Positions 28,169 through 38,624 of a DNA stretch of 64,000 nucleotides are shown one piece after another; position 1 is the first letter of the stretch; each line of letters begins with the position of its first letter. Where the stretch lies: NCBI GenBank assembly GCA_963809895.1, contig CAWELD010000003.1, positions 3,008,001 to 3,072,000 of the forward strand, written 5' to 3'. The notes under the pieces were generated by a model that saw only the letters and a program-made list of their open reading frames with translations, was not told where the DNA came from and did not search any database. This DNA is from an uncultured Gemmatimonadales bacterium (GTDB lineage: Bacteria > Gemmatimonadota > Gemmatimonadetes > Longimicrobiales > Gaopeijiaceae). The translations under genes and the position numbers were made by a program.

Positions 28169-30835
28169 TCAGTCGTTCACCTCGGCGACCCAGATGTCGC
28201 TCTCGCGCCGGCCCAGGGTGAGATAGAAGCGGCGACCGTCGGTGGAGAATCCGTAGCGCACCGGCTGATCCGCCGTATCCTCGAACGTCACCAGAACCCG
28301 GGGAGCACCGCCCACGGGCGGCACGGAGCGGATGGACCAGCCCGATGGCTCCCGGTCCAGGTAGTAGAGCGTGCGCCCATCGGGGGACCACTCGCACAGG
28401 TGTGGGCCCATGGTCGACCCGGAACGGGGAACCAGCAGGCGGCTCGGCCCACCCTGTGCCGATCCCACGCGCAGCCCGTCCGGAGCGATGGCGGCAATCT
28501 GGTCACCGGTGGGCGACCAGCGTGCGTATTCGGCCCGCCACAGGTCGCGGCTCGCGCCGTCGGCCAGCGACAGGACCCGGAGGACGTTTCGTTGCGGGGT
28601 GAACTGCTCGTAGACCAGCGCGGTGCCGTCTCCGGACCAGTGCGCGTCCACGTCCTCCGTGCCGCCTTCGGTGCGCAGCGTTTCTTCCGTGCCGTCGGCA
28701 TCGATCGTGAAGAGGTCGCGGGTGCCGTTCCTCAGGGAGTGGAAGACGAGCCGACGGCCGTCCGGCGCCCACGCCGGGGAAAAATCGTCGCCCGGATCCG
28801 TGGTGAGTTGGATCGCCTCGCCGCCCCTCACGGGCATGCGCCAGATGTCGTAGTTGCCCCCCCGATCCGAGTCGAAGGCAAGCCATTCGCCGTCGGGACT
28901 CACATTCGCCGTCTCCACCGTCTGGTTGCCCTGGGTGACGGGCTCGGCTCCTCGACCGGATACGGGCCCTTCGCCGTCAGGGGGGATGTCGATGGCCCAC
29001 ACGTTGGACGAGGTGGTCAGTGCGGCGTAGGCCAGCCGCGTGCCGTCGTCGCTCAACGACAACGAGAAGACGTCGAGGCCCGTGGTCACCCGCTCCGGGA
29101 TCCCCCGCGGCTCGCCGGAGCGGGTGACCTGTACCCGATACACGTCGCGCGATCCCTCGCGGTCCGACACCCACAGCAGCGACGCGCCGTCCCGGCTCCA
29201 GATGGGTGACATGTTGGTGGCGGTGCGCTCGGCAATTCGCGTGAACGTGCCGTCGTCGACGCTCACCACGGCGATCCCGGACGGGCCCTGGTTGGCGAAG
29301 TCGCGGGTGCCGAACACGAAGATCGGATTCGCCACCACCACGGCGAGGTGCGAGCCGTCGGGCGACCATGCCGGCGAGTGCGCCTGGTCGATGGTGGTGA
29401 GCAGGGTCGGCGGACCGCCCCCCACGTCCTGCAGATAGATCGCCCCGGTGGGCCACGACACGACGTACGCCAGCGTCCGGCCATCGGGAGAGAGGTCGAA
29501 GCCCAGGATGGGAAGGAACTGGTCCGGTGACACGGAGTCGGTGACGAATCGGGCGAGAACCCGTGCGGGGCCGCCCAGCGCCGGGACCTCGGAGATGGCG
29601 CCGTCGGCCGACTCGTACATCACGCGGCTGCCATCGGCGGACCAACGCGGCCAGCGGTGGGTCATGCCGGGGTCGTCCGTCAGCGGCACCGTGCGCCCAC
29701 CGCTCACCTGGCGCACGTAGATCTGCATGGCCGTGGGCGGGCCTGCCGCGTAGGCCACCATGGAGCCGTCCGGTGACATGGCCGCATCGACTTCGAGCCC
29801 CGGATCCAGGGTGATCTGGGTGGTGGCGCCGAGCACCAGCGGCGCTGGCTCGCGCCCGAGGACGAGCACCGCGACCGCGGTCGACGCCCCCAGCAGCGCC
29901 ACGGCGAGCGCCGGCACCAGCCAGCGCGCCCGGCGCTCCCGCTCGGGTGCCCTCGGACCCGCACGGTCCGCCAACGCATCGGCGAACTGAGCCACCGGGT
30001 TGAACCGATCTGCGGGGTTCTTGGCCAGCGCTCGCTGCAGCACGCCCGCGATCTCGGCGGGCACCGCCGGCCGGAGCTGGGTGATGGGCCGGGGCTCCGC
30101 CGTCAGGTGCTGGTGAACGATGCTGGCCGTGGTGGGCCCGCTGAAGGGAGGCTCGCCCGCGAGCATCTCGTAAAGCACGCACGCCAGGGCATAGAGGTCG
30201 CTACGCCCGTCCAGATCTCCCTGGCCACCCGCCTGCTCGGGGCTCATGTACGCGGGCGTGCCCACTACCACGCCGGTCGCGGTCAGGCGGTCCCCCCCGG
30301 CCGCGTCCACCGCCCGGGCGATTCCGAAATCGGCCACCACCGCGTGCCCACTCTGCAGCATGATGTTCTCGGGCTTGATGTCGCGATGGATCACCCCTCT
30401 CGAGTGGGCGTAGGAGAGGGCGTCGGCTACCTCGCGCGCCAGGCGCATGGCGTCGTCCAGCGGGAGCTGCTTCTCGCGCTGGAGTCGGTCCCGCAACGAC
30501 TCGCCCTCCACGTAGGGCATGACGTAGAAGAGGAACTCGGCCGGCGTGTTGGTGTCCCCGTCGGTCCCGACACCCGCCCTCCCGCTGTCATAGAGTGGGA
30601 GGATGTGCGGATGGCTGAGCCCCGCGGCGATCTCGATCTCGCGGAAGAAGCGGTCCTGCCCCAGCGCGGCCGCCAGCTCGGGGCGAAGTACCTTCAGGGC
30701 GACCTTGCGATTGTGCCGTACGTCGTGGGCCAGATAGACCGTGGCCATTCCACCCGCCCCGAGCTCACGCTCGACGACGTAGCGGCCGGCCAGGGCCTCG
30801 ACCAGGCGCCCAGGGGTCCCGGGGGGATTGCTCAT
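28169..30835 (-). CDS. Ser/Thr protein kinase with TM and TolB/PD40 beta-propeller repeats
   Basis: GAGGMATVY, VALKVL, HRDIKPEN, DFG, GTPAYMSPE, then many WSPDG repeats. Start MSNPPG at 30835. Confidence 0.93.
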   Translation of the reverse strand: MSNPPGTPGRLVEALAGRYVVERELGAGGMATVYLAHDVRHNRKVALKVLRPELAAALGQDRFFREIEIAAGLSHPHILPLYDSGRAGVGTDGDTNTPAEFLFYVMPYVEGESLRDRLQREKQLPLDDAMRLAREVADALSYAHSRGVIHRDIKPENIMLQSGHAVVADFGIARAVDAAGGDRLTATGVVVGTPAYMSPEQAGGQGDLDGRSDLYALACVLYEMLAGEPPFSGPTTASIVHQHLTAEPRPITQLRPAVPAEIAGVLQRALAKNPADRFNPVAQFADALADRAGPRAPERERRARWLVPALAVALLGASTAVAVLVLGREPAPLVLGATTQITLDPGLEVDAAMSPDGSMVAYAAGPPTAMQIYVRQVSGGRTVPLTDDPGMTHRWPRWSADGSRVMYESADGAISEVPALGGPARVLARFVTDSVSPDQFLPILGFDLSPDGRTLAYVVSWPTGAIYLQDVGGGPPTLLTTIDQAHSPAWSPDGSHLAVVVANPIFVFGTRDFANQGPSGIAVVSVDDGTFTRIAERTATNMSPIWSRDGASLLWVSDREGSRDVYRVQVTRSGEPRGIPERVTTGLDVFSLSLSDDGTRLAYAALTTSSNVWAIDIPPDGEGPVSGRGAEPVTQGNQTVETANVSPDGEWLAFDSDRGGNYDIWRMPVRGGEAIQLTTDPGDDFSPAWAPDGRRLVFHSLRNGTRDLFTIDADGTEETLRTEGGTEDVDAHWSGDGTALVYEQFTPQRNVLRVLSLADGASRDLWRAEYARWSPTGDQIAAIAPDGLRVGSAQGGPSRLLVPRSGSTMGPHLCEWSPDGRTLYYLDREPSGWSIRSVPPVGGAPRVLVTFEDTADQPVRYGFSTDGRRFYLTLGRRESDIWVAEVND

Positions 30836-30989
30836 GGGGCCAAGATGGCGCGGTCCATTCGGGTGCGCGAGCACGTTCTCCACCGCCAGACCGAGACGCG
30901 CATGCCTTGTGACCCACGCGACCCGGGCCACATCTTCGCGCCGCACCGCCGGACGACAGCCGGTCTTCCGCACGCCGGGCCGGCCCCTC

Positions 30990-32273
30990 ATGCCCACGAC
31001 GACGCGCATGCTCGACGACCTCCACTCGCCGGACTATCACCTCCGGCCCGGGCAGGCCCTGCTCGGTGCCCAGATGCTGTTCGTGGCGTTCGGGGCGCTG
31101 GTCCTCGTGCCCCTGCTCACGGGCCTCGATCCCAACGTGGCCCTGTGCACCGCCGGACTGGGCACCCTCCTGTTCCAGGCCGTCACGCGGGGTAAGGTGC
31201 CGGTGTTCCTGGCCTCGTCCTTCGCCTTCGTCGCGCCCATCGTGGCGGGGGTGGAGGCCTACGGCATGGAAGCGACGCTGGGCGGGCTGGTGGCGGCGGG
31301 CGGCGTCTACGTCGTCCTGGCCGGCCTGGCCCGGGTCTTCGGGGTCCAGCTGCTCCACCGCCTGCTCCCGCCCGTGGTGACGGGGCCGGTGATCATGGTG
31401 ATCGGCCTGATCCTGGCGCCCACCGCCGTGAACATGGCCATGGGGCGCACGGGGGACGGCGCGTCGCAGCTCGTGCCGACGGCCGCCGCGCTGGCGCTGG
31501 CGACCCTCGCCCTGGCCGTCACCGTGTTCGCCGCGATCCGGGGACGCGAATGGCTGCGGCTGGTGCCGATTCTCACCGGCCTCGCGGTGGGCTATCTGGT
31601 CGCGCTTCCTCTGGGGCTGGTGGACTTCTCGCCGGTGGCGAGCGCCCCTTGGCTGGCGGTGCCTTCGTTCACCTTTCCCACCTTCCGATGGGACGCGGTG
31701 CTCTTCATGGTCCCGGTGGCGCTGGCGCCCGCCATCGAGCATTTCGGCGACGTCATCACCATCGGCTCCGTCACCGGCCGGGATTACCTGAAGGACCCGG
31801 GCATCCACCGCACGCTGCTGGGCGACGGACTCGCCACCAGCCTCGCCGCGCTCCTGGGCGGACCGCCCAACACGACCTACTCGGAGGTCACCGGCGCGGT
31901 GGCCGTCACCGGCGCCTTCAACCCGGCCATCATGACCTGGGCCGCCGTCACCGCCGTGGTGCTCGCCTTCGTCGGCAAGCTGGGCGCCCTGCTCCAGACC
32001 GTGCCGACACCCGTGATGGGGGGCATTCTCATCCTGCTCTTCGGCGCCATCACCGTGGTGGGCATCCAGATCCTGGTCCGCGCCGGCGCGGAGCTCACCG
32101 CGCCGCGCAATCTGACGGTGGTGGCCGTGATCCTGGTCACGGGCGTCGGGGGGATGTCCCTGGACGCCGGGGGCGCCGCGCTGTCCGGCATCGGTCTGGC
32201 CGGTGTGGTCGGCGTCCTCGCCAACCTCGTGCTGCCGCGGGAGCGGACCCCGGCCGACGCCGGAGCGCGCTGA
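30990..32273 (+). CDS. uraA: Uracil/xanthine permease (NCS2 family)
   Basis: GAQMLFVAFGALVLVP, VPVFLASSFAF, PPVVTGPVIMVIGL, EHFGD, GGPPNTTYSE signature. Confidence 0.92.
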   Translation: MPTTTRMLDDLHSPDYHLRPGQALLGAQMLFVAFGALVLVPLLTGLDPNVALCTAGLGTLLFQAVTRGKVPVFLASSFAFVAPIVAGVEAYGMEATLGGLVAAGGVYVVLAGLARVFGVQLLHRLLPPVVTGPVIMVIGLILAPTAVNMAMGRTGDGASQLVPTAAALALATLALAVTVFAAIRGREWLRLVPILTGLAVGYLVALPLGLVDFSPVASAPWLAVPSFTFPTFRWDAVLFMVPVALAPAIEHFGDVITIGSVTGRDYLKDPGIHRTLLGDGLATSLAALLGGPPNTTYSEVTGAVAVTGAFNPAIMTWAAVTAVVLAFVGKLGALLQTVPTPVMGGILILLFGAITVVGIQILVRAGAELTAPRNLTVVAVILVTGVGGMSLDAGGAALSGIGLAGVVGVLANLVLPRERTPADAGAR

Positions 32274-32279
32274 GGGCCG

Positions 32280-33593
32280 CTACGCCACCTCCTCCAGCAC
32301 CTCCCGGAGCACGGACAGGGTCCGGCGGGCCTCGTCTTCGGTGAAGACCAGCGGCGGCCGGAAGCGGATGGACCTGGGACCGCACACGAGCACCGCCAGA
32401 CCCCGGTCCCAACAGCCCTGCTTGACCTTTCCACGCAGCTCACCGTCGGGCAGATCCATGGCGATCAGGAGTCCCTCGCCACGCACGTTGGTTACGACGG
32501 GGAAATCCTTCGCCAGCGCATGCAATCCCTCCTTGAGCAGCGCGCCCACCCGGGCCGCGTTCTCCACCAAACCGTCCTCGTCGATGATCTGCAGGTAGCG
32601 CGCGCAGCGGACCATGTCCACGAGATTGCCGCCCCAGGTGGAGTTGATGCGGCTGGAGACGTGGAAGACGTTCTTCTCCACCTCGTCGATGCGCCGCGTG
32701 CTCATGACGCCGCACACCTGCGTCTTCTTGCCGAAAGCGATGAGGTCGGGCGTGATCCCGGTGTGCTCGTAGGCCCACATGGCGCCGGTGCCTCCGAGCC
32801 CCGTCTGGACCTCGTCGAAGATGAGCAGCGCCTCGTAGCGGTCGGCGTACTCCCGCAGCCGGCGGAAGAACTCGGGCCGGAAGTGATGATCGCCACCCTC
32901 ACACTGGATGGGCTCGATGAGGATGCCGGCGATGCCGTGGGGATCCGCGGCGAAGGCCGCCTCGATCTCCTCGAAGGTGCGCGCCTCCCTGGCCGCCGCC
33001 TCGTCCTCGTCGACGGGGAAGGTCAGGTAGGGACTCGAGACCCGAGGCCAGTCGAACTTCGGAAAATCCCGGGTCTTGGTGGGATCGGTGTTCGTCACGG
33101 AGAGCGTGTATCCGCTTCGTCCGTGGAAGGCGTCGGTGAAATGGAGGATCTTGTCGGCTCCACCCTCGATGCCCGCGGCCCGATTCTTCTGCGCCTTCCA
33201 GTCGAAGGCCGCCTTCATGGCGTTCTCCACGGCCAGGGCGCCGCCGGCCACGAAGAACAGGTACCGGAACTCGGCCGGCACGGCGAGCTCGCGGAAGGTC
33301 TTCACGAAGGCCGCGTACTGGCGCGAGTAGATGTCGCTGTTGGCCGGGTTGGACAGCGCCGCCGTCATGAGCGACTTCCGGAAGCCCTCGTCGTTCATCT
33401 TGGGGTGGTTGTGGCCCACCGGTAGCGTGGCGAAGTACCCGTAACAGTCCAGGTACTCCTTTCCTTCCAGCGCGTCCACGATGGTGGACCCGTGCGAGGC
33501 TTCGAGGTCGATGACGACGTGGAAGCCGTCGACCAGAATGTTGTCCTTGAGGATCGGAAAGACCTGATCGGCGGCGACTTTGATCTCGGGCAT
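32280..33593 (-). CDS. lat: L-lysine 6-transaminase (class III PLP aminotransferase)
   Basis: ILVDGF, PANSDIYS, GALAVENAMKAAFDWK, AFHGRSGYTLS.TNT, FDEVQTG, FGKKTQVCG, RINSTWGGNL. Confidence 0.93.
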   Translation of the reverse strand: MPEIKVAADQVFPILKDNILVDGFHVVIDLEASHGSTIVDALEGKEYLDCYGYFATLPVGHNHPKMNDEGFRKSLMTAALSNPANSDIYSRQYAAFVKTFRELAVPAEFRYLFFVAGGALAVENAMKAAFDWKAQKNRAAGIEGGADKILHFTDAFHGRSGYTLSVTNTDPTKTRDFPKFDWPRVSSPYLTFPVDEDEAAAREARTFEEIEAAFAADPHGIAGILIEPIQCEGGDHHFRPEFFRRLREYADRYEALLIFDEVQTGLGGTGAMWAYEHTGITPDLIAFGKKTQVCGVMSTRRIDEVEKNVFHVSSRINSTWGGNLVDMVRCARYLQIIDEDGLVENAARVGALLKEGLHALAKDFPVVTNVRGEGLLIAMDLPDGELRGKVKQGCWDRGLAVLVCGPRSIRFRPPLVFTEDEARRTLSVLREVLEEVA

Positions 33594-34002
33594 GATGAAC
33601 TCCGGGCCACAGAAGGTGCTGCTATCGAAGCGAAGGGTGATTACCGCGCGCTGCCCGGCTGCGGAAGTCGTGTTGGCACCGGGCGTGACGCCCGTTCCCG
33701 CCGGGTCAGTCCAGGCGCGGATTGGGTGGCGCGAAGATGCCCGGGCGGGCTTCGATGGGTCGCTGGAGTCGCATCATGACCGGAATCTAGCGAGGTCCCG
33801 GCGGAGGCCCAACCGAGAAGGTTGACCGCGTGACTCGACGGCGCGCATATACCCGAGACTTCACCGTGGTGGGTCCGCGCGCCGACCGGGTTGCGGACCG
33901 GCGCGTTGGAATCCTGGACCTGCCGAGCCTCGTAAGGGTGCGTGTCGTCATGGTGCCGGGTGGCCCTGCCACCTGCCACGTGCCCCCCGGAGAGCGCCGT
34001 TC

Positions 34003-34977
34003 GTGAATCCCATGCACCCATCGAGAACGGCTCCGCTCCTCCTCGTCCTGACCACGGCGTTGGTGACCGCGTGCAACCCCGGCGCCCGCGAGGCTCGCGA
34101 GCTCGACGCGGCCTGCGAGAGCGGCGATGCCGCTGCCTGCAGCCAACTGGGACACGTGGTGGCTCAGGGTGAGCACGTTCTGCGGGATTGGCGTCGCGCG
34201 TCGCAGCTGTACCAGCGCGCCTGTGACGGCGGTCAGGGCGAGGGGTGCGTGCGCCTGGCGCGCATGCACGTACACGACGATGCCGACAACCGAGGCGTGA
34301 CGCTGGATTCGGCGGTCGCCGCGACCCTGCTCCTCAGGGGCTGCGACAGTGGCGCCCCCGCGGGCTGCACCGAGTTGGGCGACATGTACGCCGAGCCCGA
34401 CACGGTGCCGCCCGACTCCACCACCACCGGGCCCCTCCAGGATCTCGAACACGCCGCGCTGCTCTACCGTCGGGCCTGCGAGGCGGGCGGCGCGGACGGC
34501 TGCGCGCGCCTGGGCGTGTCGTACCGGGACGGGGCCGGCGTTCCGCGGGACTCCAGCAGGGCGGCGGCGCTCTTCCAGCAGGCGTGTGACGGGGGCTCGG
34601 CCCGTGGATGCACCCGCCTCGGCGAGGCCTTCGCCGCCGGAGCCGGCGTGGAGATGGATCCCGCGCATGCCGCGACACTCTTCGAGCAGGCCTGCGCGGA
34701 CGACATGCTCGGGTGCTTCGATCTGGCCGAGCAACTGGCCGCCGGCACGGGTCTCGCCCAGGACTGGGACCGCGCCGTGGAGCTTTACCGGAAGGCCTGC
34801 GACGGCGCCGTGGTGCGCGACGAAGGCCCACCTCCGGTTGCCGTGAGCTGTGATCGCCTCGGCACCCTCTACGCCAGCGGTACCGGCGTCGAGCGGAGCC
34901 CCTACCGCGCCGCCAGCCTGTTCCGGCGGGCTTGCCGCCTCGGCTACGACGAGGCCTGCTCCCGACCCGGAGCGTAG
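34003..34977 (+). CDS. Sel1-like (cysteine-paired, Hcp-type) repeat lipoprotein
   Basis: LVTAC lipobox, repeated 'A..LY.RACD.G...GC..LG..Y..G.GV..D'. Confidence 0.88.
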   Translation: MNPMHPSRTAPLLLVLTTALVTACNPGAREARELDAACESGDAAACSQLGHVVAQGEHVLRDWRRASQLYQRACDGGQGEGCVRLARMHVHDDADNRGVTLDSAVAATLLLRGCDSGAPAGCTELGDMYAEPDTVPPDSTTTGPLQDLEHAALLYRRACEAGGADGCARLGVSYRDGAGVPRDSSRAAALFQQACDGGSARGCTRLGEAFAAGAGVEMDPAHAATLFEQACADDMLGCFDLAEQLAAGTGLAQDWDRAVELYRKACDGAVVRDEGPPPVAVSCDRLGTLYASGTGVERSPYRAASLFRRACRLGYDEACSRPGA

Positions 34978-34981
34978 TCCC

Positions 34982-35905
34982 GTGGAACCACTGGTCGTCG
35001 CCGAGAATCTCACCAAGCACTACGGCAATGTCGTGGCGCTGGACGGGGTCAGCTTCGGGATCTTCGACGGCATCACCGGCATCCTGGGCGAGAACGGCGC
35101 CGGCAAGAGCACGGCCATCAAGATCTTCCTGGGCCTGCTGCCCCCGACCTCCGGCTCCGCCCACGTTCTCGGAGAGGACGCCACCCGGAGCGTGGCGGTG
35201 CGCTCGAGGCTGGGCTACATGCCGGAGCACGACTGTCTGCCCAGCAGCGTGAGCGCGGCCGAATTCCTGACCCACATGGCCGAGGTGAGCGGTCTGCCGC
35301 CGTCTCAGGCTCGCACCCGCGCCGCGGACACCCTGCGCCACGCCGGCCTCTTCGAAGAACGGTACCGACCCATGCGGGGCTATTCCACGGGCATGAAGCA
35401 ACGGGTGAAGCTCGCCCAGGCGCTGGTCCACGACCCCCGCATGATCTTCCTGGACGAGCCCACGGCGGGCCTGGATCCGGCGGGCCGGGAGGAGATGCTG
35501 GAACTGGTTCGGAAGACCCACCGCGAGTTCGGCATCAGCATCCTCCTCTCCTCGCACCTCATGGCCGACGTGGAGCGCACGTGTGACCGCATCCTCGTGC
35601 TCCAGGCCGGCCGCCTGGTGCAGTCGGGTGAGGTGAGCCATTTCACCACCGAGACCGAGAGCGTCTTCATCGAAGTGGACGCCCATCGCGAGGCGGTGGT
35701 GGCCGCGCTCGAGGAGCGTGGCGTGGCGGTGCGGGTCGACGGTAGCGGACTCCAGGTGGACGGCACCGACGCCTCGGTCTACGACCTGGTACGCGACGCG
35801 GTGGTGGCCGTCGGCGCTCCGCTCCGCAGGATGGCGCCGCGCCGCCGGGCTCTGGCCGAGCTGTTCGCGCGACCGGAAGACGACGCCCCGGAGGACGCCC
35901 CGTGA
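34982..35905 (+). CDS. ABC transporter ATP-binding protein
   Basis: GENGAGKS Walker A, YSTGMKQR signature, FLDEPT Walker B, SSH. GTG start at 34982. Confidence 0.95.
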   Translation: MEPLVVAENLTKHYGNVVALDGVSFGIFDGITGILGENGAGKSTAIKIFLGLLPPTSGSAHVLGEDATRSVAVRSRLGYMPEHDCLPSSVSAAEFLTHMAEVSGLPPSQARTRAADTLRHAGLFEERYRPMRGYSTGMKQRVKLAQALVHDPRMIFLDEPTAGLDPAGREEMLELVRKTHREFGISILLSSHLMADVERTCDRILVLQAGRLVQSGEVSHFTTETESVFIEVDAHREAVVAALEERGVAVRVDGSGLQVDGTDASVYDLVRDAVVAVGAPLRRMAPRRRALAELFARPEDDAPEDAP

Positions 35906-36852
35906 GCGCGCGGCCGCAGGAAAGTGCGTCCACCGCCGAGCCGGTGGGCGGCGCGGCCGGAACCGTCTTCGACATCGGCTACCAGAGCTACAGGGGGCCC
36001 CGCGAAGGACGTGGCCGGGCCCGCCTCGCCATCTTCAAGGACGGGGTGCGCACATCACTGGGCCTGGGACGCGGCATCCGGGCCAAGGTCCTGCCGTGGA
36101 CCTTCATTCTCCTGCTCATGGCCATCGGCTTCATCATGGCGCTGGTGGCCGGCGCCGTGTTGCGGTTGGCCGGACCCGACGCGGTGGATCAGCTCCCGTC
36201 GCACTCCGACTTCTACGGCGCGGCGTCCATCTTCTTCTTCGTGTTCGCAGCGGTGGTGGCTCCGGAGTTGCTCTGTCCCGATCGGCGGCGGGGCGTCATC
36301 AACCTGTATCTGGTGCGCCCCCTGACGGGGTCGGACTACATCGTGGCCCGGTGGCTCGCGTTTCTGGCGGTCTCGTGCGGCGTCGCCTGGGCTCCCCAGT
36401 TCGTGCTCCTGGTGGGCAGGATCATGGGAAATCCGGATCCGGTGGCCTACGTGCAGGCGAACTGGCTGGACGTGCCGCGGATCCTTCTGGCAGGCGCCGC
36501 GCTGGCGGCGTACACCACGACCCTGGCCATGCTGGTGGCGGGATTCACGACCCGGAGAGCGTACGCCTCGGTCTTCATGGTCGGGCTGTTCGTGATCACC
36601 ACCCCGTTCACGGCGGGGATGGCCGCCGAGCTCGCCGACACGGCCCCCACCGCCGCCCGCTGGCTCTCGCTCTTCAACCTCAGCAACATCCCCGTCTACG
36701 TGAACGACCTGGTCTTCGACGACGTGAGCGCCATCACCAGCGTGGCTCCGGCGCGGGAGCTGTCGGCCTGGATCCTGGTGGGCTGGTACCTGCTCTGGGT
36801 GGTGGTCCCGGGAGGCGTGCTGTGGGCGCGCTATCGGCGGTTGAACCCGTGA
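35902..36852 (+). CDS. ABC-2 type transporter permease
   Basis: VFDIGYQSY.GPR, APELLCPDRR.G...LYL.RPL...DY motif, multi-TM, overlaps the previous stop. Confidence 0.88.
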   Translation: MSARPQESASTAEPVGGAAGTVFDIGYQSYRGPREGRGRARLAIFKDGVRTSLGLGRGIRAKVLPWTFILLLMAIGFIMALVAGAVLRLAGPDAVDQLPSHSDFYGAASIFFFVFAAVVAPELLCPDRRRGVINLYLVRPLTGSDYIVARWLAFLAVSCGVAWAPQFVLLVGRIMGNPDPVAYVQANWLDVPRILLAGAALAAYTTTLAMLVAGFTTRRAYASVFMVGLFVITTPFTAGMAAELADTAPTAARWLSLFNLSNIPVYVNDLVFDDVSAITSVAPARELSAWILVGWYLLWVVVPGGVLWARYRRLNP

Positions 36853-37772
36853 GCGGATCCGCGGTGATCCGGGTGGAGGCCGTGTCCCGCTGGTTCGGGA
36901 GCGTGGTGGCGGTGAGCGACGTCTCCTTCGCCGTCGAGCCGGGGATCACGGGCCTCCTGGGCCCCAACGGCGCGGGCAAGACGACGCTGCTCCGCATGAT
37001 GACCGGCCTCGCGGAGGTATCCGACGGCTCCATCACCATGTTCGGACAGCCGGTGCGCGACAATCCGCCGCTCTACCGCCGCATCGGCGTCATGTCCGAG
37101 CACGAAACCGTCTACCCCTTCATGAAGGGCCGCGACTTCGTGCGCATGATGGCGAACCTGCGCCAGGTGGACGATCCGGGCGCGGCCGCGGAGCGAGCCA
37201 TCGGTCTGGTGGATCTGGCAGCCGCCGCGGAGCTGCCCATGGGCACCTATTCCCGGGGGATGAAGCAACGCATCCGCCTCGCGGCCACCATCGTCCACGA
37301 CCCCGAGGTGCTCATCCTCGACGAGCCGCTGAACGGCGCCGATCCCCGCCAACGGGTCCACTTCCAGAGCCTCCTGCGCCGCTTCGCCGCCGAGGGTCGC
37401 ACCATCGTACTGTCCTCGCACATCCTCGAAGAGGTGGAGCAGATCGCCGACACCGTGCTCCTGATCATCAACGGCAAGCTCGCCGCTTCGGGGGGATTCC
37501 GTGCCATCCGTGCCGCACTGGACAAGCGACCCTACCACGTGCGGGTGGTCGCGGACGCGCCCAGGGAGCTGGCGGCGGCCGTGGTCCGCCTCGAGTCCGT
37601 GGACGCGGTCAACGTCGACCCCGATGGCGCCATCATCGTGCTGAGCCGCAAGGTGCGGGAGCTACAGATGGAGCTCCCGAAGCTCGCCCGCGACGCCGGC
37701 ATCGGCCTGCGCCGGGTGGAGCCCCTGGACGACTCGCTGGAAAGCGTCTTCGGATATCTGGTGGAGCGCTGA
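36849..37772 (+). CDS. ABC transporter ATP-binding protein
   Basis: GPNGAGKT, YSRGMKQR, ILDEPLNG, SSH. GTG at 36849 overlaps the previous stop. Confidence 0.95.
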   Translation: MSGSAVIRVEAVSRWFGSVVAVSDVSFAVEPGITGLLGPNGAGKTTLLRMMTGLAEVSDGSITMFGQPVRDNPPLYRRIGVMSEHETVYPFMKGRDFVRMMANLRQVDDPGAAAERAIGLVDLAAAAELPMGTYSRGMKQRIRLAATIVHDPEVLILDEPLNGADPRQRVHFQSLLRRFAAEGRTIVLSSHILEEVEQIADTVLLIINGKLAASGGFRAIRAALDKRPYHVRVVADAPRELAAAVVRLESVDAVNVDPDGAIIVLSRKVRELQMELPKLARDAGIGLRRVEPLDDSLESVFGYLVER

Positions 37773-37773
37773 C

Positions 37774-38487
37774 ATGGGTCCCGTCTTCCGACTCACGCTG
37801 CGCCAGCTCACGGGCCGCTGGCGGCTCGCCATCATGACCGTGCTCGCCGCGCTCCCGGTGATCTTCACGGCGCTGGTGGTGCGGTCGGCGGCCACCCCCT
37901 TCGTGGGCGAGTTCGAGGTCATCGTCCTGAGCACCATGCTCGCCGGCTCCATCGCGCCGCTCATCGTCGTCGCCATCGGCACCGTGGCCTTCGGCAACGA
38001 ACTCGAGGACCGCACGCTGGCCAACCTGACGCTGGCCCCGATCCCCCGCTGGCAGATCGTCGTGCCCAAGTTCGCGGCCACCGCGGCGGTGGCCGCGCCC
38101 TTCATCGTGGGCAGCGCATTCCTCACCAGCTACCTGGCCTTCAACCACGACATGACGGCTGTGAGGGCTGTGACCATCGCGGCGCTGGCCGGACTCCTCA
38201 TGTACGCCTCGGCCTTCGTCTGGCTGGGCCTGGCGACTCGTCAGGCCATCGGCATCGGGCTCTCCTACATCGTGCTGTGGGAGGGATTCTTCTCGGGCTA
38301 CGTGTCCGGGATCCGCCTGTTGAGCATCCGCCACTACTCCATCGCCCTCATGCACGGGCTGGATCCCCGGCGCTTCGTCACCGATCCCCACGTGAGCCTC
38401 GGCGTGGCGGCCGCCGCACCCGTGGTGATCTGCGCCCTGTTCGTCTGGCTGTCCGTCCGCCGGCTCCGGCGCATGGACGTGCCCTGA
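37774..38487 (+). CDS. ABC-2 type transporter permease
   Basis: E.EDRTL..L...PI.RW.I...K motif, about 6 TM segments. Confidence 0.88.
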   Translation: MGPVFRLTLRQLTGRWRLAIMTVLAALPVIFTALVVRSAATPFVGEFEVIVLSTMLAGSIAPLIVVAIGTVAFGNELEDRTLANLTLAPIPRWQIVVPKFAATAAVAAPFIVGSAFLTSYLAFNHDMTAVRAVTIAALAGLLMYASAFVWLGLATRQAIGIGLSYIVLWEGFFSGYVSGIRLLSIRHYSIALMHGLDPRRFVTDPHVSLGVAAAAPVVICALFVWLSVRRLRRMDVP

Positions 38488-38624
38488 GGCCAGGCGGCCG
38501 CCGCCGACAGCTTCGTGCCCCCGGGTGCCGTGCGACCCGCGGACCGGCTTTCACCGCTGCGGCACCAATGAGGGAGTCGCGGATACTGTTGCGTACGACC
38601 CTTCCATTCCGTCAGGAGCCTGCC

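Noticed and set aside
33594..34002. Possible riboswitch or ncRNA in the lat / Sel1 intergenic region (hairpins near 33872-33905)
   Set aside because: No recognisable lysine-riboswitch, SRP or other family motif, and GC-rich hairpins arise by chance. An Rfam cmscan would settle it.
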